From the NCBI GenBank assembly GCA_027923505.1, contig BROI01000002.1:186001-250000 (forward strand): a stretch of DNA of 64,000 nt, read 5' to 3'. The notes beneath the pieces were generated by a model. It was not told the DNA's origin, searched no databases, and worked only from the letters and a program-made list of their open reading frames with translations. The DNA is from Mayamaea pseudoterrestris (Eukaryota). The position numbers and the translations under genes were made by a program. Each line of letters starts with the position of its first letter. The stretch's first letter is position 1. Below are positions 1 to 14,268 of the stretch, in pieces.

Positions 1-3000
1 TCTTGGTTCTCGTTGGAGATGCTGGAAAAGCAAATACTGGTGGACGTACCGCTGCAGCGGCGACGGGCGATGCAACAGTGACGAATGAAACAGAAATGAC
101 AATGCGAGCGTACTGGGAGCAGCATGTGGCACCTGGCCTGCGAAATCGGGATCCGGTGGTTTGCGAGATGGAGATTGAATGGACTGCCGAGCGCATGGTT
201 TGGGAGCAAATGCTTGCCGTTCCCAGTCAAGGAAAAGAGATACAACAGATGGAGGCACTGGCGAGTGACGCAGTTTCCGAAGTTGCGGCCGCATCGCCTG
301 GTAATCTGGGCACGAAGCGTACTCGTCGGAGCAAGACGACACCTGCAGGCGACGACGATACGGTCGATCCTGGAACGAGTGGTGGCGAGGATCAGCAATC
401 CCCATACACTTCGCATTGGGTCGACGTGGCAGTCGCTCATGGCCAGCTGTTTGACAAGAAATTGGATGGTGCTCGGGTGGAAGGCCGTTTGGCAATAAAG
501 CGTTGGCCGGTCGCTGCAATCGCTTGGGGTCTGCAAGGACAAGCGGCTTTATTACAGGGAGCAATGGACGCCGAGAATGTGGGTCTGGCTTGCCATCTGC
601 TGACGCTGTTTGCGCAAATATCCCAGTCAGCTGGTGCGAAGCCGGCAGTTGGGGTTGATGCCTTCTGCAGAGCGCTGACTGGTCAGAAAAAAGCTGCTCG
701 AGTCGAAGGCAATCTCAAGGATTATCTCATGGTCTCAATTTACGCTATTTTGGAAAAACACTCTGTCGTGGTGCGAAAAGAAGTTGGCGCGGAAGGATTG
801 ATTAATCTGCAACATGGTGTTGTTCATGGAGCTGGTGCGTATCCATTTGTCGCTGACGCTATCAATGATTGTATCACAGCCGTCGCTGTCAGTGAAGTTG
901 GTTCGCCGGCTGAGCGAACCGAATGGAGTAACCGCCTGGCCTGTGCATCGGCTGCCTATATTCTACACTTTGGCATGGAGGATATTCATTTATTACGGTA
1001 TGCTATAGAGAAACTGAAAGGCTGTTTAAAGATGGGAGAGGCTGTAAACTCAAGCGACTGGAACGTGAGTAAAGGAGGACTTAAACTCGAAGATCCACTT
1101 CCAGTACCCACATTGCCGTCCATTGCAAAGGCGAATCGCGGCACACTGAAGAAGAAAAGTCAGCCGGAAGGCGCGTCACTTGCTGGCGTCTTCGATGAAA
1201 GACCTATTGGCGTGTCGAAGCAGGACGAATTGTTGGCCCTGTTTTATAGAGCTATGAATATGCAGCGATCGTCAGCCGCTTTTGATAGTCTTTTGACACA
1301 CTTTATTGGAATTGCAGAAAAGTGCCTCGGAGTTTTTAATGAGTTCGCAAAGAAGCGCACAGAAAAATTCACCAATGATTTGCGCAAAAACAAGCGCAGG
1401 AAGAAAAATGACGGACGGGAAGAAGCCGTGGACGTGACTGGATGCTTGCAGCGAAGTGACACAAGGTACGGTCGGAGGTTGTTATACGCTCAAACGGCAG
1501 AAGCGTCTCTGACCACCTGTTTCGATAGCGGAATTCAGCCGGAAAAACTTTCATTAGCTGCAGAGATTTTTGCTGTATTAGAACTTTGTCTTGCAAGGAA
1601 GAACGATGACGCACGGATGAATCTGCGACATTACTTGCGATCCTTGCTATCCAACGAGGATATATTCCACGTTATCGACCTCTGTTCTCCTATCATTGTA
1701 TGGATGGGACGCGATCGACATAAGTCAGATGTTGCCTGTTGTGACGGTGCCGCTGATAACGAAAATTGCTTTTGGTACGTTTCCACGGCTAGGAGTATCG
1801 TATTGCACTTTTATCCCTCTGACGCATCGCAACTTTTAGGGATTCATATGTCAATCTATGCGTTTGCGTCGGCAGAGGGCTTTCGGAGGTTGGCTCCTCG
1901 GATCAAGTTACTTTGCGGGAAACGCGAATGGCCATATTTAAAAAGATAGCACGCACAGATTCACGTACGCCAAACACAGGTTGGCCATTGTGGCTGCCTG
2001 TACCTCTGCGTCGTCTTGTTGCAGCAAGTCTTGCCGCGGATTGTATCTCGACGGAGGATACAGCTGTCGCCCCGGATTTGTATATTGCTCAAGGGTTTGT
2101 CGACTCTATAGCTGCTGCTTTACCGAGGTCCACGTCTTCCAAATTCTTTGAGTTAAAAGTGACATCTTCGGTGCCGTTAAAAGAAAACGTTACGCTGTCC
2201 TTGAGCAACGCTCGGCTTTTTGTGGCGGCTGTCGTTAGACTACCTCCGAAGCAGCGAGTTCAAGTTCTCAAGACACTTTTGGACGCTCTACACTCATCCC
2301 TCGGCGAAAAAGAGGACTGGTCGAAAAACGATGAATTTGATGCAGGCACGGAGTTTTCGTGCTTTCTTGCACGTCTGATATCTATCACCACCAACCTGGT
2401 TGTCATCCTGACCTGCAGCGAATCCCTATCGACAAAGATTTTGCCCTTGCTTCGTCGGGAAGTCGATTCCACAGTAACTATGAGACAATCGTGCATGAAA
2501 AAGGACCAGGCCGAGAAATGTTTTGTTAGCGTTTTGGATGATTCGGAGATGTTTGACATTGATATCGAAGATTGCCATGTTCAGTATTCCCGTATGGACG
2601 AAGGTTCATGTAAACAATTTCAATCGATTTTGGAGCGGGCATTTTCATTTGGATTCCGCTGCGCCGCTGCGGACAAGTGTTGTTTGCTCTATGCATCGTG
2701 GCACTCACTTGGAATGAGCGATTTATGGTGTAAAAATACGTCAACAATTCGCTTTCCAGTTAGTATTCATGACCCTGGAGTAGAGTTGCCCCTTTTGATC
2801 AATGAGCTTCGCTTTGAGATTCGTCATGTCCATCGACGTATTCAGCAGGGGTATGGGTTAGCAAAAACTATACCTTTGTCTCGAGTCGTCTCAAAGAAAG
2901 ACTCGGAACGAATGACTCAGAAATCGGTTCTGTCTCTGGCGGCCAAAGAAGTGCGACTCATGGTGTCGAAAGCTTCGATGCTTATAACAGAGATAATGGA

Positions 3001-6000
3001 ACAACCGGGATATGCTACCTTAGCCGAGACACAAGCATTACTGGAGACTCTTTGCACTTACATCACGTTCGCTATTGCGTCATGCACACGCCCAAGCAGT
3101 GACTTTCTTTCCTACTTGCAATTGAAGCTAGGAGGAATGGGGAGCCGCGGAAGGGAGAGAGCTTACTCAAGCGAGGATGATGCACTTTCGGATGACGAAT
3201 CTGCGTCATACCAAAACGGTGGTTCTGCAGCAGTAGACCGGTTGCAGTACGTATGCACTGCGTTAAATAGCGTCCCAGCCTATCCGGTAAGTCAAGTGGA
3301 AAAGATAGTGCTGACCACACCGCCGGTTTTAATTCTTCTGAAGTCAAGCCGTATTTGTACCCACAGGACTGGCTTGACACAAGTTGTACCATACTGGAGT
3401 CATTTGTGTACGGCGATGTGGCCGAGCTGGCGGTAACTGCGCTTAACAGTTTAAGTGACCTCATAAATGTTGGAAGACAGAGCGTGCGCGAGGCAATAAC
3501 ACAAAATTTGGGATCACCTGTCAGTCCCACGGTGACGAATTTGATACAATCATTAATGGCATTTAAAGCCCATGGCCCCGATGGCGATGAAACTCGACCC
3601 TCAATGAGCAAGGCCTTGGCTTGTTTGTGCAGCATTGGGAAAGGAAAGATGGATTCCATTTTTATCGATAAGCTGGTAGATGAACTAGATCAGATGGAAA
3701 TGCACTGGACCGCTCAAGCGTTGCGGAAAAAAGGACTTGAGTCTACCCAAAAAGGCGGGCGCCTTCGTAGCGCTCATTTCCGAGCAACTGATGAATGGGA
3801 GGGTTTGCTCGTAGTTGCGCTCTCTGTATCCGGTGTCAAGGCGGACTCAGTGACTCGATGGTTTGGTGTATCTCGGAGCGCTCTGGATGCTCTGATTCCA
3901 GCCTCTGCGTTACTCCGTTTTGGGTTGATGCAAGGTGGACGACAAGATCATCCACTAAAATTGCCGCATGCGCCGGTTGCCGAGTTCGACATGATGACTT
4001 TCATTGCCGATACATCAACAGGTGCCACTGCGGGCACAGACCAACAAATCCACGTGGTAACCAAGACATTGGCGTCTATTTGTCAATTAGAGAGTACTGG
4101 CGGCGAGTGCGAGGCAGTTGCGGCTAATCTAATCAACGACATGAGGTCCTTTGCTACCATGAGAGGAGCAGTAAATATAAGATTACTTTACGATCTAATG
4201 GCGACAGTTCAAAGCTTGTCAAGTACCGAAAGGGCGGCGGAGACATTTGATGCGCTTCGCTACATCTTCTCGGAAATCGCTCAGCAATTGGTGTTACAAA
4301 GTTCGAATAACCTGATTCACAGACAGAAAATTTTAAAAGCAAGCTTGAGCCCCGAGAGTGAGCAAGTGGGATTGATAGCATCCAGCATTGGAGTTTCGGA
4401 GGTCATTGCCATCGCGACGGATAGAGCGCTGCTCGGTTCGCATAGTGGACGCGTAAAAGGAATTTTGTCGACACTATGGCGAGACTCCGAGTATATCACC
4501 CCGGAGGCCCGCCAAATTTTTTTACGCACAGTTGGCCTTGCCTACGGTCTTGATAATCTGACAGCAGCTATAAGTGGTACCATGATGGATGAAATAGGTG
4601 ATTCGATCAACCAGTGCTCAGAATGCGCTCTCCGATCGGTCGTCGAGGATGACGTATATGGGTCAAACAGCGAAACACGAAGCATTGTTTGCTCACTCCT
4701 GGCAGTCGCACTTGCGTCGGCTGGTTTCACAAGAGCTATCTTTGTCAGAGATCGCCTACTTGAAACGTATCTACGGGAGCGGAAGCAACAATTTAGCTTG
4801 TCTTGCGCGGCGTGGAGCGAGACACTCAGTCTCCTCTGCCTGTACTCGTGTTACTGTGGCTCTCTAGATGAGCTTACGACTATTATCATACAGTCTGCAG
4901 GCGGCGATAATTCCGCCGGTCTAGCCGATGTTGAAACTATATCAGACTTTCTTCATGCACTGCGTCACGAGACATCCGGGGATAAAGAACTGCTTGTAGC
5001 TACAAATTTTTGCGAGGTTGACGCACCTTTCACTCGATTTCGCGGATGCACCAACGCAACATTAGCGGACAGCGATGCAGGGGATTTTTATCAGCATACC
5101 TACCACTGCTACACCTGTGGACTGTGCGATGACAAAGAATGGTAAGTCATCAGAATGTGTCAGTTGTAATGAGTCCTATCATTGGCAATTCTGACGTCTT
5201 TCCTGCAGCTGCACTCCATGCGCCCTTGTGTGTCATGCCGGTCATGATGTTGGTTACGCTAGAGTAAGCAATTTGAACTGGTTGATTGTCGTTCAATATG
5301 AGCACACCTTATGTGGTTTCTTCTCTTGACCTCGTTATTACAGTACGGTCAATTTCTCTGCGACTGTGGCGGAAATGGCGACGAGTCTTCATCGACGAGG
5401 TCCGCCATGATGTGCAAGTGCTTATCATCCCTTCCGGCCAATGAGTTGCAAACTCGATATAAGGAGGGACAAGCTCGGCATCGGAAGCTTGATCGATTGA
5501 GCTGCGAAAAGGCATCGCATCCTTGCTTCGGGCTTAATCCTAAGATCGCTGCACAGCTGGCAGTTTCGTGCAATGGAAACGTGTCAAAGAAATCTCTCAA
5601 TGCGGTGGTGGCGGTAGGCCATCGCTCAGATTGGATTAGAGTTTTACTTGGATTCTTGCGCTCATGCACTGAGTCTCCTACATTTTCCATGTCCATTGAG
5701 CCACAGGGCGTCGTCCGTACGATGAACTCGTATAATCAAATCCGAAAGGAAGAGTTTGGAAGGGTGAACGAGTTGAAATTACCGTTGCTTCCAGCAAGCA
5801 GCGCAACTGATTTTGAAAGAGCAGCCTTTTTTCGACCAGCGACATGGCAATCCCGCATATCGGCGGATTCATCGGTTGAAACTTTAAAAAGGGCCCTATT
5901 ATTATCCAATGGCTCCCACCGCTCCACCTTATCTGCCAATAGCAGAGGAGGAATCGCGCTTATCGAGTCTCGGACGGTAGTTTTCTGTACGTTGACCCCG

Positions 6001-9000
6001 CTTCTCAATAGTTGCTGCAAACCATACCAAAATCATCCACTTGCCAAGTCATCCATTTGTGTCATTGGAAACGAAAAGCTTGAATTCGATCCAATCGGGA
6101 TAAAATATTCCCCGTTCAATGATCGGTGCTTGATTGTTTGGGGGACACACGAAGCAATTCTTATGGTTCTGGATGAATACCGATGCAAGGTGGTACTAAC
6201 GACGTCATTAGAGATTGCGCTGGGCTCGCTTGAGACGAGCACTGATTTGGTGATGGACTGCAATTGGGTCCCAGACTTCTACCCGTGCATTCTTGTTCGT
6301 TGTCTGCATTCGCTATTCTTGTTTGAATTGTCTCGCGAAGCGCAAACGCTAGAGCCAGCTACTTGCCACAAGGTCGCCTCAACTGTCACGTTCCGAGGAG
6401 TTCAAGTCGTGACAGTTGACGCGCCTGAACCGCCAAAAATTTTCATTTTGCTGGAGGCAGGGTACCTCTTTGAATTTTCGTTGCGCCGGGATGAAAATGG
6501 GCGGTTACAATTGCCTCAAATGAGCTTTGAAACTAGCAGTGCGCTACAACTTCCGAGCTCGGGGAGTCCACCGTCAATTACCCCTAAACAATTATGCATG
6601 GGGGAAGGGCAACAGCTCAATTTTTTGAGTCAAAGCAGACTGCTTCTCTACGAATGCACACAAGGTGAAGTCGTGGCACTTAAAATCAGCGACGAAGGAA
6701 ACGTTTCTGGTTATTTTACCCTCATAACCCGCGTATCAGAGGGAGGCTTCAGCAGCTACCCTTTCACTTCCCCTTTTACGCACTGGACAGATCTTGGTGC
6801 TATCAAAGGGAAGGAATGCATGTCGTTTCGAGCGGCATGCGTTGGTCAACAAGGAACAAAGGGTCGTGCTGTCCTCTACATTAAATTCAATCACTTGGGG
6901 TTTACAATGAAAGAATTAGTTTGCGAACAACGTGAAAGTGGTTTCAATTCCCCTGCAACAGTTGAGGGTGTTGCTGCTTTTTCAGCTCCATCAATGCTTG
7001 TCGAGGCTGACGCATTTGATCTCAGTCGATCAAGAACGATGACTGAAAACATTGCGATCGCGGCCATGATGTCGAACGGTTCGATGCACCTGTTTGTGGA
7101 AGAGATTGGGGCCTTGAGTGTGCCGTATAATGCCGACGGGTGTGCAGTAATAGAGAGCGAAACTTGCAAATCAAACACGCTTATGGCTCCCGAACCGCTG
7201 CTAGGTTTTGAAGAGCTTGAAAACCAGACCGATGAAGACGAAACGACACTGCACATCGAATCATCGCTTGGAAGGTAAGAGACATCGCGTGTCATCTGCA
7301 GAACTGAAACAAATTATTGTAGCCTCACATGTTGCGAGATAATTTAGCTCGGAGGAAGTGCTGAAAAAACTTCACCGGGACAACGCGGATTGCCTGAAGG
7401 GTGCTATGGCAGGCGGTTTTTGCCTGTCATTGTATCTGAAACCTGATGCTGCCGATGAAGCTACATCCGAACAGATTTTTGCGGCATTGCGCATTTTAGT
7501 CGGGTCCAACTCAAAAGAAAGTGTACCAAGCAAAATCATAATTCAAGGCAGAGAACTCATCTGCAGTCCGGGTGTGAAGAAATGGTACTGTCATCAGTTG
7601 ACAGCTCAGGAAGTTGCTCTTACGATGCGTATCGGCTATCTTCCAATTGTTTTTGTACCAGTGTTCAACTCGCCTGAATGTACCGCGGTTGATGCCCTGG
7701 AAGTGTTTACGACAAAGAGGGAGCACATGTCTGGGTGGCAGCCTAGGCAATTGCTGTCGCTGGTTGCCGCAGCAACGGAAGATGAGTACAACGTGTCTAC
7801 TACTGCATTAGGACTGCATCCAGTCCATGACACACGTGCTCTAACATGTCTAGAAGCATTTATGCGTTTCTGTCAAATTGTTTGTCCCACGTTTGATCTA
7901 ACACTGGAGGACAAGAGTTTGTTCGGGAGCATTATAATGCGACACTGCTTGGACGAAACCAATAGCGTCATTGATATGTTCCATAACATTCTTGCTTCTT
8001 TTTCTATTGACGAAGAGTCTCGGCTAGAGTTTATCGACCGATCAATCATTCAAGGGTGCCTTAACTTCATGAGCTTATGCGATCAGAAAATGGATTTCCT
8101 CGAGCACAAAGCAGCAGAACTGTGGCCATTGCTTCATCTGCCGCTTCGGACTTGCTTCAAAGCTGCGAGTTGCATAGCCGCTTCTAGGCCGATTAACTAC
8201 TATCAATCTGTGACTGAGATGTCACCGGCGGTGAAAGCATCAACTCTGCTTTCACGTTGCGTTGGAAAGTTTTTGTCGAATGCCAGCCTGATCCCCGATT
8301 TCATAGAGCTTTATTTATTGGAAATTGTTGTCGCTAATGGATCAGGATTAGAAGATGACCAGCGCTCGCGGCTAGTCAACTTTGGATGCTTGAAAACCTT
8401 GATGCAATCCGCCAATTTGAGCGAAGTTGTGACTCTTTGCAGCTCAGTCAAGGCATTTTGCGTCAAATATGAAGACCCTTTCGAAACTGACGATGACCTC
8501 TTTGCTGGTAGGAAGCTATGCTATGAATGCGATAGCTGTCACCAGGTGCCAATGAAACTTATGCGTTACAGCTTGCCAGATGAATTGCGTCCATTCGATT
8601 TGTGCGACCAATGCTATAGAAAAGCATACTGCTTTGCTGACAGCAAAAGCTTTGACGCGTGCATTCCTGTCGAAATCGAAGGGAAACTGGTTGGGGACGA
8701 GACAAATCTTACATGTGCTGATACGCGGCTACTGCAACCCATAGCAATCGACTGTGCTACCAACAGCGATGATATAGATGAAGATATTGGACGGCGATTG
8801 CGGTTCGAAAGTTTCATTGGCACCTTGTTCGACGCGATTTTTACTGTCGTCTGCCGTATGCTTCCTGAAAGAGGGATGGACGCAGTCTGCGAGCGCCTTC
8901 TTCGATTGGCTGCTGACGTGAACAGATGCTCAAAGGAGGAATCGAACAAGGTAACTCGAGCCAGTCGCGTAGGACAACTACTGGCTCAGCAACTTTCGCA

Positions 9001-12000
9001 CAACTTACGGGAAAGTCAAGTCGAGCCAAGATTTTTAAACACCCCTTCTATCTCCTCTCGCATGGTCGTTTTGCTTCGCGCGATGGCCAATCTCATAACC
9101 ATCGACTTCGGCGCACGCGGATACCTCTTAAAATCTGAAGATTATGTCGATGACCTTTTTGCAGGCGAAGGTACATATCTTTGCCACCATGGCATACCAG
9201 CGGTGGGCAAGAGGTTTACTACCGGCAAGCACAAAAATCGAGCTTTCTTGTCGTGCGCAAAGGATAGCAAGTTCTGCTGCAATTTTTTTGCTTGGGAAGG
9301 ATCTGCTGAGAAAGTTGATATAGATAAATATGTTGCTGAACATCTCTGGTTGCATCTGTCTGCGCTACCGGACAGCAAGGGACTTTCCCCGCTGAATGAA
9401 CTGTGTGTCTTTGTCGTTGACTGCCTTAAGAAACTGCCGGACTCAAGAGTTCGTAACACATTTCGTTTTGGGCGACATATTCTGAGGAACACAACCATCC
9501 GCACAAGCATTGGTGATGTAGCCGATGGTGTGCTTGCCAGTCGGTGTCGCTTGCAGGATGTTCCAATTCAGAGCAGTCCTGCATGTTTACAAGATGATGT
9601 CTGGCTGCAGAAGAGTCAATTGGATGAAGCTGAAGATGTTGTAAGGACTGTCACGGCGTTACTGGCTTTGATTGCCAAACCTGACCATGGCGCCAAAGAA
9701 GATTGGAGCCCCATTTTGTGCGAGTTAATCATGACAAACAATAGAGGTTCAAGCCTCGTCGAAATGGCGAAACGCGCCCTTGGCAAACTATGCGATACTG
9801 ACAAGTGTTTGTATGTTTCCGTCCGCACCCGTTATACTTTCAGCTTCCACTGCGAGAGGCTCATTGCGGCGACAGAGGACATCTTTCGGGAGGGATTGCA
9901 TTTGCTCGAGAGATCTCGTCGGTCCAGCAATTTGCGCAGGGCGACTGACAGTGAATGCGCGCTGAACTTGCCAGGGTTGGGCGGAGGTGACTTGTTATTC
10001 GCCGGGGAACTTTTGTCTGAAGATGCTATCAGCATGGATGTACGGGATAATGTATTAAGCATCCTTGGTGACATGCTGCTCGCCGTCGCGAAAACGACGA
10101 AAGGAGATCACTGGCGACAGTTCTGCAGTCTTCGCAATAGCGACGGACCACTATTTCGACGATCAATGAGTGCATGGTCAACTGAACTTCGAAATATGCC
10201 ACCTGCAATTTTGCTCTTTATGCTCGCATGCTTGAGTGAACGGGAAATTCAATATAAAGCGTTGAGGCTGTTGGACCTATCATGCTCATCGTCGAAGCCA
10301 AGCCCAACGCCTAATAGTGGCACAAGATCACTTTGCTGGGAAGGGGTGGAGACCATACTTAACCTTTCAACTCATGACATATACGCATTTGCCACTACGT
10401 TCATTTGCTACAGCACTGTCAATGAAGTGCGTAAACTTGCGCTAAAGGTGGCGAGGAAAATTGTTACCAGATCGGATCCAAATCTCGCGAGCCTTGTATT
10501 TGTACCCCTCCTCGAAAGTGCCCTTCCCTTGACGCACGAGGTTGGAAAGAATGTTGTTGACATATTAAATCTTTGCCAAATACTTATCAGTGAAACTCGT
10601 TTGGATATTGACACAACAATCGCCGCGGAGTATATTCAGTCATGCTGGATGCAACAAATGATTGGCCTGAGGTACGACAAGGCTAACCAGTCGTACCTCT
10701 CAATCGAAATGCGAACAAGCGCATCGTGCTCTAGAAAGCGATATGAACTAAATTTATGCGTATATTGTATGGGTTCACAGCACAAGGAGAAGAATCAGCA
10801 AGCTACTCGCCACCCAGAAAACTTCAGGACAGTCAACACGCTATCCTCTGCGTCTAATTTGACAGCTTTGCCGTCGACAAGACCTTCGGAACAGTTGATC
10901 GCCTACACTCGTGGACGCTTGGAAGGGTGGAGGTCTGCAGTAGTGAGCGACGCCTTTAACGCATACTCGTCATTGAAATATCGACTTATGCTATCGGAAG
11001 TTCATGTGGAGGTCAACGATCCTCGTAGTCGTTTTGTGAAAGTGATAAAAATATACTTCTCTCCAAGGCCTGTCGCTGACGTCACGCAATTGAGAAACCC
11101 TGAATATGTTCCTGTGTGGCAAGAATGTGGAAAGATTTACCTGGGAAAAGGTGCCAGCCGAGCCAGCGTCGTCCTCGAAAAGCCTGTTACTGCAGCCAAT
11201 CTTCGAATAGAGTACGCTGAGTTTTACGAACGAGTCGGAAGTTCCAAATCTTGTGACGATTCTTCAGTTTTATACTGCCCTCGATGCAACAGAGTAGTCA
11301 ACAACGCACACGGTGTGTGCGGTAATTGCGGTGAGGTAGCGTTCCAGTGCAGAAAATGCAGGAAGATTAATTATGATCGTCTTGATGCATTCTTGTGCGT
11401 TGAATGTGGTTATTGCTCATCCGCTGGTAGCTTGTCATTTGAATTGACTGCTGCGATCACCTCGAATGCAGTGGCAGTGACGAATGACGACGATCACACG
11501 CGTTCTAGAAAAATGTTTGCCGTCGCTCAAAGGCTTCATGAAGATCTGCGCTCTCTTTTACTTGAACAAATTGCTGCATTACCGCGTATTGAGGCTCCTT
11601 TAGTTGCCAGTGGAAAGGATTACCTAGCCGGACCGAGCCACAAAGAAGTCGAGACATGTCATCTGACACTGAGTAATCTTGGCAAGCAAGGCTCTGTACT
11701 TAAAGCAGTGGCGCGGGTTGATGACGGAGAGTACAAGACTCGATCTCAATCACTGCGAAGGCTGACGCGAGAATGGCGTGATTCAGCTACAGCTTCGGAA
11801 GGTCGTCAGCTTTCGTCAATTTTAGATCGACTGGGCCAGGACCTCCAGTTAGACGATGACGAGTCTGCCGACGAGCTCATTGGTCTCCTTGAAAGTGGTG
11901 CAATTGGTAGAGGTCATTCCGAGGACGCTGTAAATCGTTTGCTGAGTACTGTGCAAAGCCGCCGCCTACGGCGGGCGACCGCCGAAGCTACTGCAATTGC

Positions 12001-12589
12001 TGGCTCTGATCCATCTGGTGCGCCCAATACAATATCAGCTAGTACTGCTGCCAAGCAGCGACTTGAACTATGTGATCGTTTGTATCTTCTCATGAAAGAA
12101 GCTGAGCGCGAGGCTTATTTGTTGGAGAAACGAATCACTGCCTGGCGCAAGCTTGATACTGGAACACTCGTACCAAGATGCAGCGGCGAAAGAGGAGTTG
12201 ACGCGCCATTTCAGCCATCGCATTGCTCGATGTGCTCCAGTCACGTTGCGCTACACTTGCTTCAGTTGTGGCTGACGCTTTTTGAATCAGCACCCGAGGA
12301 AATCAAAATTGACCCCACGATGATTCAGATGTTGCTTACGGAGCGCTTCTACACTCAAAAAAATCTGTCCGATTTGAAGAGACGCGTCATTCAATCTATT
12401 GCCTTGCTTTCTCGGAATGGCGGCCCCGAAATTATCTTAGACGCGCTACGCGTGCAACTACGAGCTGATCCAGATTCCTCGCAATGTACTGAAATATTGT
12501 CTCGGATCATTGATGGCGGTGGGCACGAGGATTTTGCGAAACTTTCCATGGAAGTGCTAGAGGCATCATCCTTTATGGAATTACTCTAG
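1..12589 (+). CDS. UBR4: UBR4/BIG/p600-like giant protein, 5' end outside window; introns 1775-1839, 3287-3366, 5142-5208, 5264-5343, 7275-7347
   Basis: Five GT..AG introns (donors GTACGT/GTAAGT/GTAAGT/GTAAGC/GTAAGA) join the ORFs in frame. Splicing rebuilds a UBR-box (YHCYTCGLCDDKECCTPCALVCHAGHDVGYARYGQFLCDCG). It is followed by a beta-propeller-like region, a ZZ-like finger (CDSC...FDLCDQCY) and the UBR4/BIG Cys-rich motif CPRCNRVVNNAHGVCGNCGEVAFQCRKCRKINYDRLDAFLCVECGYC. Confidence 0.9.
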
Positions 12590-12787
12590 GTGTTGCTTTT
12601 GAAAAGTTTCGCATTTTACACAATCCTTGTAATGACATATCGATTTTTACGGACTGGTTATAGCATACGTTCAGACATAGTCCGGATAGTATGGTAAAGG
12701 GCAAGGGATGCCGGATTAATCGCCGGCTCGTCGTCGCAGACCGAATGTCCTCATCCAGTCACGATGTTGAGAGCAATCAGTCGGAAA

Positions 12788-14057
12788 ATGCTCGAAGCTG
12801 GCGACGAGACGAAGACTATGGGCGCTGATGTCCGCACTTTTACTGACCTTGCCTGTTGTTGTTGCAATTATCGCGACTATGCTAATGAGACCAAGCAACA
12901 CGGAAATGACGACAGATAGGACAATCAACAGCAATGGAACAAGCTCCGTTTGCAGCGACAAGCCAGTTTCAACTATTGCTATCCCGAAGTGACTCGAATC
13001 ATTGACGAAATTCTTTGCAATATTTCCAAAGCACGTGATATGCAAAATTTATTGATGCCGCAGTATGAAACTCACCAATGGCTTTTGAAGCAGGACTCAC
13101 TTCTGCAGGATGTCTTGGGTAGGGCATGCTCGACTAGCCCAGCGGTATATTGTTGCCCTCTTTTACTGGAGTCTAGCACCCCGGAATGCGGAAGATAATA
13201 GCAATGAAGCTCCCAAATATGTGCGGCGCGACGCTTCGGAATGCGACTGGGCTGGCTTTCGATGTGCAGAAATTGAGCACGGGCAAATTTTTACTGTCAT
13301 TACGGCGAGAGCGCAGCATTTTGGGACGCCTACCACGAGAGCTAAGCCGCCTTTTAGCGCTACAGCAGCTAGACTTGTCCATGAACGCCTTACTGGGAGC
13401 ATCATAGGTGACTTCTTTTATAGCTGGATTGAGCTATACTTACTGGACTTGTCGGGTAATAAACTATCAGGGACGCTGCGAGCTTCTTTGTGGGCGCTCG
13501 AAGAACTGCATTATCAGTATCTGAATGAAAACAGCTTTTCTGGTATAATTGATGACTCTCTCTTAGTCAATCGATCGTCCAAGCTTGTCGAAGTCTGGAT
13601 CCATGACAATGGATTGAGCGGGTCTCTACCAGGTACGTGTTTAAGCGAGGAGCAGGCTGCAGACCTGGACAGCCTATGGCAATTTACTATCAGGGTCGCT
13701 CCCGACTGTGATTGTCTCCGATGTTTAATATCTTTGACGTTTCGTGCAAGAGATTGAACGGATCGTTAGAGCCATTGGCCATTGGTCTCTCGAGCCGCGA
13801 ATCGTCAAAACACTCCACTTGGACCGCAATCTTGTAGAGTTTGCCAACAGACCCTCGACCGCTTCGCTCCTGTTCGGCAGTATCGGATGCATCACAACAA
13901 GCTAACTGGCAGCATACCATCGACTTTTGGTTTCGTGTGGAATCGGCTAAAGAGCTGCGCCTACAGGAGAATGACTTGCAAGGCAACATTACGGACGCAT
14001 GTAGCTCAAGCCGCTGCTGGAAAAGTTGGAAGCGGACTGTCACGCGAGGAAAAATGA
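12788..14057 (+). pseudogene. Degraded LRR receptor-like membrane protein gene
   Basis: Fragments lie in several frames: a hydrophobic segment (LPVVVAIIATMLM), HQWLLKQD, LAQRYIVALFYWSL..ECDWAGFRC, and LRRs LDLSGNKLSGTL, LNENSFSGII, IHDNGLSGSLP, HNKLTGSIPSTFG, LRLQENDLQGNI. The frame changes lack obvious introns. Confidence 0.7.
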
Positions 14058-14268
14058 CAGCGTTGACGTTGAGTGCGACTTTTGCAGTAACAGTAAATGC
14101 AAATAGCGGAACTGGCTACCGCAGCTTAGTTGAACAGACATATACACGGCAATGAGCTTAATCGTTGCGTTATAAACTATTCTTTTAATCCTGCGCCGAC
14201 ATCTTGTTGTAATTGACCTCAGGCAACAGATTGTCCACACTTGCGACCAATGGCTGAACTGAACGCTT

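Noticed and set aside
1775..7347. Apparent frameshifts or separate genes among the first five long ORFs
   Set aside because: All are resolved by canonical GT-AG introns that keep the frame and rebuild the UBR-box.
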